From: Octopus sinensis
Lineage: Eukaryota
Assembly: GCF_006345805.1 (NCBI RefSeq)
Contig: NC_042998.1
Span: 46,066,001 to 46,130,000, forward strand
Direction of reading: 5' to 3'
Length of the DNA: 64,000 nt
Every line of letters starts with the position of its first letter. Within the stretch, counting starts at the first letter, position 1. Shown here one piece after another: positions 53,050 through 64,000 of this stretch. A program made the translations under genes and the position numbers. The notes below the pieces were generated by a model. It saw only the letters and a list, made by a program, of their open reading frames with translations, had not been told where the DNA came from and made no database searches.

Positions 53050-53340
53050 TGTTCTTTTCAACTATCTAATACTTTCCTGATTATTCTGGCTGTACCAAGG
53101 AGGTAAACCTTTTGTAGCAGTTCTACTGGCCACTCTATTCCAATTTCCATTATATTCCTCTTGATGCCTTCTGATACTGTTCCCAAGGACCTCACACTAA
53201 TTGGCACTATCTTCACCTTCTTCATTTTCCATAGCCTAGCTATTTCAAACTTCAAATGATTGTATATATCTATGTTTTTACCTTCTTAACTATTTGTAGG
53301 TCAAAGGGGCATGCAACATCAACTATATAGCACATGTTAC
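53050..53340 (-). mobile_element. R4/Dong-like non-LTR element C-terminal fragment
   Basis: KFEIARLWKMKKVKIVPI..LGTV..LLQKVYLLGTARIIRKVL matches the C-terminus of restriction-endonuclease-like ORFs of this clade as I recall it. Confidence 0.7.
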
Positions 53341-53699
53341 TAGCCTTGTGTTAAAATGTGAAACCATTATTATTATTATTAAGGTGGCTAGCTGGCAGAA
53401 ACATTAACATGCTGGACAAATGCTTAGTGGCATTTTGTCTTTTCATCCTTTCAGGGTCAATTGAATAAGTACCAGTTACGCACTGGGGTTGATGTAATTG
53501 ACTTAATCCCTTCCCCCAAATTTCAGGCCTTGTGCCTACAGTAGAAAGGATTACTATTATTATTATTATTATTATTATTATTAGACAATATGAAGAGTGT
53601 GATGCAATAGATATTTTATTGGTTGAACAGCAAGCCTGTCTTTGTCGAGTTCAAAATGAAAAGTGATAAAAATTCAGAATTATAGAAATTCAAATCCAA

Positions 53700-54990
53700 A
53701 ACATGAATGAGAGCAACCAGTGTCCACTGGTTCATAGAATGACATCATTAGTCTTCAAAGTTCAATTTTACAACTGGCAAAAAGAAAAAGAAAGAAAACA
53801 AAAGATGAAAAAGAAGACGAAGAATATTTAATCAAACAGTTTTGTATAAATTTGATGAAATTTTTCTGTCATTTTATTCATTCTTCCAGGGCATGATGTT
53901 AATAACCCACAAACATATTTCTCTTAATGCATTGTGAGTACTGAAACTAGCAGATTCAGAATATTTTCTGAGAATATGCGCTTTCAAGTCTTTCTCAAAA
54001 TTGCAAAATTTCAAAAATGCAAAATGTTCGGCAAGTTCTGTTGAACTACTGTTATTGTGCCTGACATATTTGTGTCCATTATTGACTCTTTTGTTTAATT
54101 GATCTGGTGTACAACCAACATAATCAAGGTGTGATTTGTGCATTCTGCTGTGCACATCAAATGTGAATCTCTACATGTCTCACCTTCTGTATAAATCATA
54201 ACATTTCTCATGTTGGTGCATAATGAACAGGGCTTACCTCTTTCAAAGTACAGCATGCAGATATTCCATTATTAGTTTTCTTGGAGTCAGAAGTAGAGGT
54301 TAATAGTTCTCTTAATATTTTATTCTATCTAAAGGCTACAATAGGCAGCTGCGGAAATATTTGTTTGAAATGAGCATGTTTTTCCACAACATGCTGGTAA
54401 CTTTCATGCAATGCTTTTGAAATGCCAGTGAAATTTCGGTGCCAGTTAATCACTAAAGGAATTCTGTTACATATTGTACTGTGTTTGCTAAAATTATGTG
54501 TGAAGGGTTTACTTTCTTTGCTAATCCCTGCCATGTCATTTTGCTATTTCCTTTAATCATGATTCACTGTAACTGCATTTGACATAATGGTGTATTTGCA
54601 TGTTTCCAGTAATTCCCTATGTCAATACAAATCCATTTCATCCTCAAAAATTGGGATTTTGGATTTGACTGAATTATATGATTGGATTATTGGAGCAGTG
54701 GTGGAGGTAAATGTGGGATGACATGGGCTTGCAAAATAATTCTGTCACTATTCTGTCTCCAGAAAACTTAACTTTTGTGTCCAAAAACTCATCGCTAGTT
54801 TTTGAAAAACTAGATGTAAATTTAATGTTGGATTTAAATCCATAGCTTTTAGCATAACCAGTCACAAAAATGCAAGAAGTCAATTAAACTATCCTGTGAT
54901 CCTTTCCAGGCAAAAAACGACGTCATCAATGAACTGTAACCAGATGTCATCAATAAACCATAAATGTTGGTTCATGACCACGTAGGGATT
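53700..54990 (-). mobile_element. Decayed Penelope-like element (RT thumb + GIY-YIG)
   Basis: Collinear minus-strand remnants: FIDD; FLDTKVK..IVTELFCKPMSSHIYLH; RIPLVINWH..IFPQLPIVAFR; YVGCTPDQLNKRVN..LAEHF. Confidence 0.82.
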
Positions 54991-55581
54991 TAAATGTCTT
55001 CAGCGACTGTGTCTTGTTCACAGCTGCTGAAGACAAGGTTTGAGTGGCCTGTGGCTATAGAGAAAGACACTTTCTAGAGTATAAATAAAAGCAAGCAAAT
55101 ATTTTCAAGAAACTTTAGCTATATGATGTTAAGCTGATAATAAACCTCTCCAGGTTAGAATAATATTCCCTCAAAAGTAATATTTTCATAGAATTTGATT
55201 GCTTTTTTCAACAACTAGAGGAATTTGAGTATGTTGAATTGTTTTCTTTAAATATACAGCAAAATGCTTTTAATGGATTTGAACTCAAACCATGCAGTTT
55301 TGAATACATTATTCACTCAGTTGAATGCATTATTTAACCAGTCACTTCACCATTGGTGTTTGTGTGTGTGTGTGCATGGCTACCAACCTAAATGCAGTTC
55401 GAAACTTTTTTAAATTTTCAGTATGTGTTTATTCCTCTTTTTGTCTTGTTTTCTTTGGAGTATTTTCTCCTATTTAGTAGTTCTCTTGTTTCTTGTCATA
55501 GAATACAAGCTCTGATAAAAACCAACACCCCTGCATGTTTTAATCTCTCTCTTGAGTATATGTAAAACAAACATGCACACA

Positions 55582-55630
<49 letters not shown>

Positions 55631-56048
55631 TCCACACATGTATTCATATATGCATGCATATGCATATGTGCATACATGCATGCACAGCACATCTTTTCAA
55701 ATCTCTTTTCATGTTTGCTGTTTTCATTTGGACCCTTTCTCACATATGTCACAAATGTTGCATGTTGTATAGAATCAATGAATGAGATTCTGTGAATAAA
55801 ATGAAAGACTGAAAGAAAATGTAATATTTGAAATAATCTAGAGATAGAATTTAGATTCTAATGTTGTGAAAGAGTTGTGAACAAATAAATGAATAGCATT
55901 GTATAGAATTTGAGGAAAACTGTTGTATTGAATAGAAATAGTTGTGAAAATTACTAAAAAAAGAAAAAAATATTGCTGGCGTTTAGTTTATCGTTCTTAC
56001 TGCAAAACACTTTAAATCTTTTCATTTTGAATTGTTTTGATTGCTCAG

Positions 56049-56192
56049 ATTAAACGGATGCGACAACTGGAAGAAGAAAAAGAGATTCTGGAACAAGGAA
56101 TGGAAATAGTACAGTCTGCAAAGCGTTGGTATCAGAAGCAAATTGCTTCAGTTGATGATAAACAGAAAGTTGCTGCTTGGTCATCATACAAT
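56049..56192 (+). CDS. SAPCD2: SAPCD2-like gene, internal coding exon B (Suppressor-APC domain, phase 0 to 0)
   Basis: ttgctcag acceptor, gtgagt donor, 144 nt = 48 codons: IKRMRQLEEEKEILEQGMEIVQSAKRWYQKQIASVDDKQKVAAWSSYN. Matches the recalled K-x-M-K-E-L-E-Q-E-K-x-x-L-x-Q-G-L-E...W-Y-x-x-Q pattern. Confidence 0.92.
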
Positions 56193-58270
56193 GTGAGTTT
56201 ATTTCACTTCCTTTATACTCAATCAACTTAGTATAGACCTAGTCGTAGTTCCCTTGTCTTTCTCAATTTATTTATTAATTTCTCTCATAAGAGACGGCCA
56301 GGTTAAATCTCAGGATGTTGGGCTACAACAGGGTGCTGAATGGGATGACATTGAATTAACTCTTTAGTATTTAATCTGGACATATCCGACCCAAATATTC
56401 TACATGTTCTATGTACAAATCAACCAGATCTCATCTCTCCCTACATTGTCATTCTACCCCACAAAGCTTGCATTCATTTCTTTTTTCTATTTTAAAAGAA
56501 TTTACGTCATCTGTCTCTTCTAATTCACCAACTATTTTGGTAATGTGGTTCATTTTGTAGTTTTTACCTGTAGTAACATAGATGTTGCTATAGCGTTTAA
56601 AAGCTGTTTCAGTCTCATATGCTGAGCCTTGTTTTTTGTTTTTGTTTTCACTTCATATATAAAATTTTCATCTATTTTAACCCTTTTGATACCCACTCTC
56701 CTAAGATTGTCCTTAGTTCTATGATATAAATTCTCTCTTTTAACCATTTATCATTTAAACCAGCCATATCTGACCCAAATATTCTACCTGTTTTATTTTC
56801 AAACCAGCCAAATCTTGCCTCTCACACCTATCCTACAACATCATTCTAAAAATAAACAATCACATCATTGGAATCTTGAAGCTACAAGATAATACATGAT
56901 TGATTCAAAACAAGGTGAAGAAATAAGTATTACATTTGACAGAGTAATCAGCATGCTGAAGGGTTAAGACAGATAGCAACATGCTGTACTACAGATCTGT
57001 CCAACCCATACTAGCATGAGCACATAGACAGTAAAACCAGAATTATGATGATATATAAATAGTATTGAAATGAATTGCTAACAATAACTGTACAAAAAGA
57101 AAAGCAATAAATACTGGAACCATATTGTTTTTTTATTCTTTTCTTTAGTTCTCATTCAGTTGAAATAATGAGGAAAAGCTGATTCTACAACTCTTTTGTT
57201 AGTAGCTTCTGTCCATTTCTTTTCTTCTTTTTCTTGTTAGTAGCTTTTCTTCTATATTCATTACTTCTCTCTTTCTCTCTCTCTTGCTTATTGCCTCACT
57301 TTATTCTATTGTCTTGTTAACACAGACAGAAGCCACTTCCATTTACATAACTGATTTTTATCCTCATTTTCATTATCATCATTTGTTGTTAACATCTTTC
57401 CTTTCTTAATAAAAAAAAAGATACAATCATCACAACTTTTCTTTCTTCTATATTAAGAAAAACAAAAAAAAATTCAGGTTTCATACCTATCTAAGAGAGA
57501 CACTAGTGTTGGAGGTTGTTAAAACATTAAGCCTTTTGATACTAACCTATCTAAGACCACCTCTGGTTCCATGATTTAAACTTCTTGTTTTAAGGCGATC
57601 TAAATCAAAACCTATTGAAATATCATATTAATTTGTTTCAAACACAAATTTAACAATTACAGAATTATTTTACTAAATTCTTCTTTAATTTCAAAATTAA
57701 TTGAAACAGAAGTGTATTTCAGTGGAAATATAGTAACAAAAGGGTTAAAGAGTACTTTGTTATACAACAGGGTGTTGAATGTTATACAAAGTTTGGTGTA
57801 TCACCTTCTTGGGTTTATATAAAAATGTTTGTTTTGTCTTTCCTATTTCAAGAGTTGAAAAATACAGAGGAATATTATATGGGATATCTATGCTTTTGTG
57901 AGCGGTGTGGTTTGTGTGGCTGAGAAGCTTACTTCCCAACCCTGTGGCTTTGGGTTCAGTCCTACTGCATGGCACGTTGGGCAAACGTCTTCTACTATTT
58001 CTAATATAGCCCTAGGCCAAACAAATCCTTGTGAGTGAATTTTGTAAATGGAAACTGAAACAAGCCCATCACATCATCATCATCAACATTTAATGTGTTT
58101 TCCATGCTGGCACGGGTTGAACAGATTGACAGAAACTGGCAAGGCCAGGGGTTGCACCGGGTTCCATAGTCTGTTTTAGCTTGGTTTCTATGACTAGATG
58201 CCCTTTCTAATGCCAACCACTCCACAAAGTGTACTGGGTGCTTTTTATGTGACACTATCACCCACACCAA

Positions 58271-58304
<34 letters not shown>

Positions 58305-58753
58305 CGCGTGCATGTGTGTGTGTGTACATATGTGTATAGTTTCTTCTATGAAAAACATGTTTGGCTCTGAGGAATATTACTTTGCTTGGAAACAGGTGAG
58401 GGCTGGTGACAGGTAAGGTATCTGGCCATAGAAAATCTGCCTCAACCATAGAAAAGTGGGCATTAAATGATGATGATGATGAGTATGATGGTCTTGATGA
58501 GTCTTGGATGGATTTCATTATGTCACCTATATCTCCATTTTAACAATAGTTCGCCTTGAGCCTAGAGAAAACAATGGTTATCATTTAGGGTGGTGATAAC
58601 ATCCTATAGCCAACTTTATTATTTTTAAAATTTAAATCTTGTTATCTTCAAAGAAGTAATATCATATCATTTTCTTTCTAATAATAATAATTCTTTCTTT
58701 AGTTTTTGGATTTGGTTTGCAAGATTCTTTATATGAGTTTGTGTGTTGAAGCA

Positions 58754-58948
58754 TATTCTGTTGTGTCTGGAGAGAGTCATTTTCGTTTTGTGCCTTATAA
58801 TGTAAGAGTCAAGACTATTGAAAAGGTTGCAAGATGTAACGAAAATTTTAGGAAAATAAAAATAAGAAATAAGTGGAAATTTTAACGGTGAGTGTGTTAC
58901 ATTATAAGGCACAAAAAGAAAATGACTCTCTCCAGACACAACAGAATA
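58754..58948. repeat. Inverted repeat, 52-bp arms (51/52), 91-nt spacer containing a hammerhead-like motif
   Basis: 58754-58805 versus the reverse complement of 58897-58948; same repeat family as ~43680-43890. Confidence 0.92.
58815..58851 (+). ncRNA. Minimal hammerhead-like motif (U3-A8 variant)
   Basis: CUA-UUGAAAA-G-GUUGC-AAGAU-GUAAC-GAA-AAUU-U-UAG; predicted cleavage after U58848. Confidence 0.6.
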
Positions 58949-60871
58949 ATTCTTTCTAATTTTGGCATAAAGCCAGCAATTTTGAGGAGAGTGAAAGTTA
59001 ATTATGTCAACCCCACTGTTCAGTTGGTATTTATTTTATCAACCCCAAAAGGATGAAAAGTAAAGTTGATCTCAGCAGTATTTGAACTTAGAACATAAAA
59101 AGCCAAGAGAGATACTGCTAGGTATTTTGCCTAACAGTCTAATGATTCTGCTAGCTTGCTGCCTTTTATCATATTTTTCAAAAATTTTGTTTCTTGGCTG
59201 ATTCCTTGAGTTAAGTGATTGTAAGCATGATTCGCATCAAAATACTAATTTGTAAAATTCATGCATTTTGGGAAATGCATGAATAGCACAACTTCATTTT
59301 GGAGAAAGCAATTAAGAAAAATTAGAGAAAGCAATGAGTCACCATCTTTCCGAAAAATAAGACACACACATAGCAATCTATCTCTGGAAAAGTGATCCTT
59401 TTTATAGAAAGAAATATATTAGAATCAATTCAATTAACCATACTCCCTTCCTCTCTCTCCTACAAATACTGGCTTCGTTCACAGTCAAGGGAAATCATTA
59501 TTATCCATGTGAAATCAGCTGCTATTTTTGTCTGTAATTTTCATTAACTCTTACAAAATAGCAACTTGAATGAATTGCAAGCTAAAATATGCTGCTGGCA
59601 CTTTGTTGTCTTTGAACAAGACACTTGCATTTTGTGTGGTTAACTTTAACTAATTTTCAATAATAGGCTCCAGATATTCAGGGAAACTTTCATTCTGCAA
59701 ATGCTACTGAAATTGAAGTTAAAACTGGTCTGATGGAAAACCATGGTTTGTGAAATCATCATCATCATCTCATGAATATTATAATTTACAACTTCAGTTG
59801 GATATGTAATTTACAATGATTCATTATTTGCATTGTATATAGAATAGCTAACTCCCAGCCAAGGGGTCTAGAATTCATGTCATACCTCTGGCATTGAGTT
59901 CCATCCATGACCAACACAATTTTTAAACAGCTTGGCATTACAATGCTAAGTTCAATTCTTTCTATAGCTACAACTACGGTTGGATGCCCTTCCTAATGCC
60001 AACCACTTTACCGAGTGTGCTGAATGCATTTATGTGGTACTGCACGGGCACTTTTAAAGTATGTACAAGCTGCAATCCAATGATTGAAACAAGTTAAAGA
60101 GTAAAAGGATAGTGCTCATTATATTTCATTTCAAAAGAATATAAACTAAAGAAATTTATACTAGTTTTGGTAGAATAAGATATTTTTCTCATACAGTAGG
60201 ATTATTCTGAGAGAATGTTGCATCCTCATCATCATCATCATTTAACATACGTTGTCCATGCTGGCATGGGTTGGATGGTTTGACTGGGCTGGCCTGCTGA
60301 AGGCTGTGCCAGGCTCCAGTCTTATTTGGCATGGTTTTCTATGATTGGATGCCTTTCCTAAAGCCAATTAGTCTGAGAGTGTATGGGTACTTTTATGTGC
60401 TACTGGCACAGGTGCCATTTGTGTGACACCAGTACCTGCCATGACTGCGATTTTGCTTGGATTGATGGGTCGTCTTCTGAAGCACAACATAATGCCAAAG
60501 GTCTTGGTCATTGCCTCCATGGGGCCCAACACTCAAAAGGAAGTCAGCCACATATCTAAACTCCTCATTAAGCCTTTTGTTACTATATTTTTGCATTTCA
60601 ATGAATTTTGAAAATAACGAAGAATTTAGCAAAATAACCTTGTCATTACTAAGCTGATGTTTGGAACATAAAGTAACATAGAATCGTGAAGGACGGTTTT
60701 AATTTCGATCACTTTAAAACATGGAGTTCGTATTGGAGAAGCATGGGTCACCTTTGGTAGGTGGGTTTCAAAAGGGTTAAACTTCACTAAATCTATTGAA
60801 AAGTGGCTGAATCTAAATCATAGCAAAAGCTGGCAAAATATATTAATTTCTTTTTATTCTTCATTTTGCAG

Positions 60872-60973
60872 GATTCTTCATTAGAGGCAAATCAAGAACG
60901 GATGAATTTTCAGAAAACCAGGATATCTGAAGTCAATCAACAATTAAGAGCACTGATTGAAAGCTCAGAGAAG
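60872..60973 (+). CDS. SAPCD2: SAPCD2-like gene, internal coding exon C (phase 0 to 0)
   Basis: Pyrimidine tract + ttttgcag acceptor, gtaatt donor, 102 nt = 34 codons: DSSLEANQERMNFQKTRISEVNQQLRALIESSEK. Fits the second half of the Suppressor-APC domain (R-I-x-E-V-N-x-x-L). Confidence 0.9.
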
Positions 60974-61738
60974 GTAATTAGATGTTTTATTATCACTTGG
61001 TCACTTCATTTTGTTTTGAGTCTTGCTTCATATATCATCATCATCATTATCATTTAATGTCTATTGTCCATGCTGGCATGGGTTGGATGGTTTGACTGCA
61101 CTGGCATATTAGAAGGCTGCGCCAGACTCCAGTCTGATTTGGCATGGTTTCTATGGCTAGATGCCCGTCCTAACATCAACCACTCCGAGGGTGTAATGTG
61201 TGCTTTTATGTGCCATTTGCGTGACACCACAACTACAATTTTATTTGGATTGATGGGTCTTCTTCTCAAACACAACATAATGCCAAAGATTTCGGTCATT
61301 CATCATTGCCTCTATGAGGCTCAACACTCAAAAGGTGCTTTTGCATGCCTCGAGCATTGGCCATTTTGCCTCGATGAGGCCCAATGATCCAAAGGTGTTT
61401 TTTATGTGACACTGGCATGGGTGCCAGTTACGTGACACTAGCAACATATATGCAGGTGTGGCGTGTAGTAAGCAGTTTACTTCTCAATTACATGGTTCCA
61501 AGTTCAGTCCTTTTGCATGACACCTTAGTCTGGAGGCTGACCAAAGGCTTGTGAGTGGATTTGGTAGTCATAAAATGGAGATGAACACCATTCCTCCATG
61601 TGATCAGCTTGAAAATTAGTTAAGATATTAAAATATTTTTCTTAACATGAAACTAATGGTAGCCTTAATACACAAATAAAGAAATTTTATCCATCAATGT
61701 GTGTTGAGCACTCATTCTCATTGTTTGACATTTACATG

Positions 61739-61779
<41 letters not shown>

Positions 61780-61804
61780 TATATATATATGTATATATAT
61801 TATG

Positions 61805-61835
<31 letters not shown>

Positions 61836-61836
<1 letters not shown>

Positions 61837-64000
61837 ATCCGAGTTAACAGTTCCTTAGTAGATAAGAAATTAGAAGCATGAAAACAGGGAAAGCCCAGGC
61901 CCATCAGGAATTACTGCAGAGATGCTCAAAATATCTGGTGGTGTCGGCTATAGCTTAGTCACCCGTATAGTTAACCAGGTGATACACGAGGGGTCATACC
62001 CAATGACTGGTGTAGCAGCATAATAGTCAACTGCTACAAAGGTAAAGGCGACGCCCTAGAGACAAATAACTACAGGGGCATCAAGCTGCTGGATCAGGTA
62101 ATGAAGGTTACGGAGAGGGTTGTAGCCCAACTAATTAGAGAGAGAGTTACCTTAGATGATATGCAGTTGGGTTCGTGCCAGGGAAAAGTACTACTGATGC
62201 TATATTCCTGGTAAGACAGCTGCAGGAGAAATACCTAGCCAAAGATAAGCCCTTGTACCTGGCTTTTGTTGACTTGGAGAAAGCCTTTGACAGGGTCCCC
62301 CGGTCCCTTATCTGTGGTCAATGAGGAAACTAGGGATAGAAGAATGGTTGGTGAGAGCTGTTCAAGCCATGTACAGAGACGCTGCTAGTAAGGTGAGGGT
62401 TGGCAACGAGTACAGTGAAGAATTCCGGGTAGAGGTTGGGGTCCACCAAGGTTCAGTCCTCAGTCCCCTCCTATTTATCATAGTCCTCCGGCAATAACGG
62501 AGGAATTCAGACAGGTTGCCCCTGGGAGCTCCTCTATGCTGATGACCTTGCTCTAATTGCTGAGTCACTATCAGAACTGGAGGAGAAGTTTCAGGTGTGG
62601 AAACAAGGATTAGAATCGAAGGGCCTTAGAATCAACCTAGCCAAACCAAAGTTCTAATAAGTAGGAAGGTAGATCAATCACAAACGCCTTCAGGTAGATG
62701 GCCCTGCTCGATCTGTAAAAAAGGTGTAGGTAGAAACTCTATAAGATGCACCAAGTGTAAGCTATGGACACATAAGAGGTGCAGCAATGTCAAAGGAAGG
62801 CTAACTAGGAAAATAGTTTTTGTCTGTGGCAAATGCTCAGGAGCAATAAACACTGGAAATATGCAGAGACCAACTTCTGCCACGTTCCAGGGAGACAAAC
62901 TAGAAGTAGTTGATAGCTTCCGCTACCTAGGAGACCAAGTCAGTAGCGGGGGTGGGTGTGCTGAAAGTGTAACTGCTAGAGTAAAATAGCCTGGGCAAAG
63001 TTTAGAGAGCTCTTACCCCTGCTGGTGACAAAAGGCCTCTCGCTCAGAGTAAAAGGCAGACTGTATGATGCATGTGTACGTACAGCCATGCTACATGGTA
63101 GTTGAAACATGGGCCGTGACTGCTGAGGATATGCGTAAGCTCGCAAGAAATGAAGCCAGTATGCTCCGATGGATGTGTAATGTCAGTGTTCATAATCGTC
63201 AGAGTGTAAGTTCCTTGAGAGAAAATTGAACCTAAGAAGCGTCAGTTGTGGCGTGCAAGAGAGACGGCTGCGCTGGTATGGTCATGTGACAAGAAAGGCT
63301 GAAGATAGTTGTGTGCAAAAGTGCTACACCCTAGCAGTGGAGGGAACCTGTGGAAGAGGTAGACCAGGAAAACCTGGGACGAGGTGGTGAAGCACGACCT
63401 TCGAACTTTAGGTCTCACTAAGGAAATGTCTAGAGACCGAGACCTATGGAAGTTGCTGTGCATGAGAAGACCCGGCAAGACTAGTCAGGCCATAACCCGT
63501 GGCCCCGACCGGGACGTAGTCAGTCCTGTGCATACCTTCCTTCTTGTGACACTTATGAAGACCTGTTGAGGCAAGTGAAAATCAAATCAAATCAAAACAA
63601 ATCAAAATAGATGAACATCAGTGGAATTGTATTCTTCGTGTACCAGTGCCGGTGGCATACAAGAAAACCACCCAAACGTGGCCGTAACCAGTACCGCGCA
63701 TCGACTGGCCTCCGTGCTGTGGGCACACACACACACCATCCGATCGTGGCCGTTCGCCAGCCTCATCTGGCACCTGTGCCGTGGCACATAAAGACACCAT
63801 CCGAAGACCCGGCGACGTAGTCAGTCCACCTGTGCATTCCTTCCCTCTTATGACACTTGTGAAGACCTGTTGAGGCAAGTGTGTGACACTTGTGAAGACC
63901 TGTTGAGGCAGAGGCAAGTGTGTGACACTTGTGGAGACCTTTTGAGGCAAGTGTGTGACCCTTGTGAAGACCTGTTGAGGCAAGTGAAAATCAAATCAAA
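61836..64000 (+). mobile_element. 5'-truncated RTE-type LINE, copy 2 (runs off the window)
   Basis: Collinear and near-identical to copy 1 from 46467 onward, including the start of the 3' array; 5' end abuts (TA)n. Confidence 0.95.

Overview
AT-rich, repeat-saturated eukaryotic DNA. The SINE/LINE repertoire and microsatellite load point to an octopod cephalopod; this is inference from pattern recognition, with no search run. I can support one host gene: a SAPCD2-like (Suppressor-APC domain) gene on the + strand, with three in-phase GT-AG exons (42071-42210, 56049-56192, 60872-60973) and very long introns. Its N- and C-terminal exons were not found. The rest is mobile DNA: Penelope-like elements (PLEs), two near-identical RTE-type LINE copies with a PHD finger after the RT core and a tandemly repeated 3' region, two decayed Tc1/mariner (DD37D-like) elements, a Helitron deletion derivative, CR1 and R4/Dong-like fragments, hAT-, piggyBac- and Merlin-like MITEs, and dozens of tRNA-derived SINEs. 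The most interesting layer is non-coding. At least six sequence families of minimal type I hammerhead-ribozyme motifs sit in PLE terminal repeats. One has an intact core, and two families show repeated core variants (U4C; compensatory U3-A8). Three long near-perfect fold-back inverted repeats (46, 52 and 90 bp arms) enclose hammerhead remnants and lie within or just upstream of the exon cluster. PLE hammerheads are known as a class; their activity here and the novelty of these variants are untested. Most ORFs in the supplied track are microsatellite artefacts.
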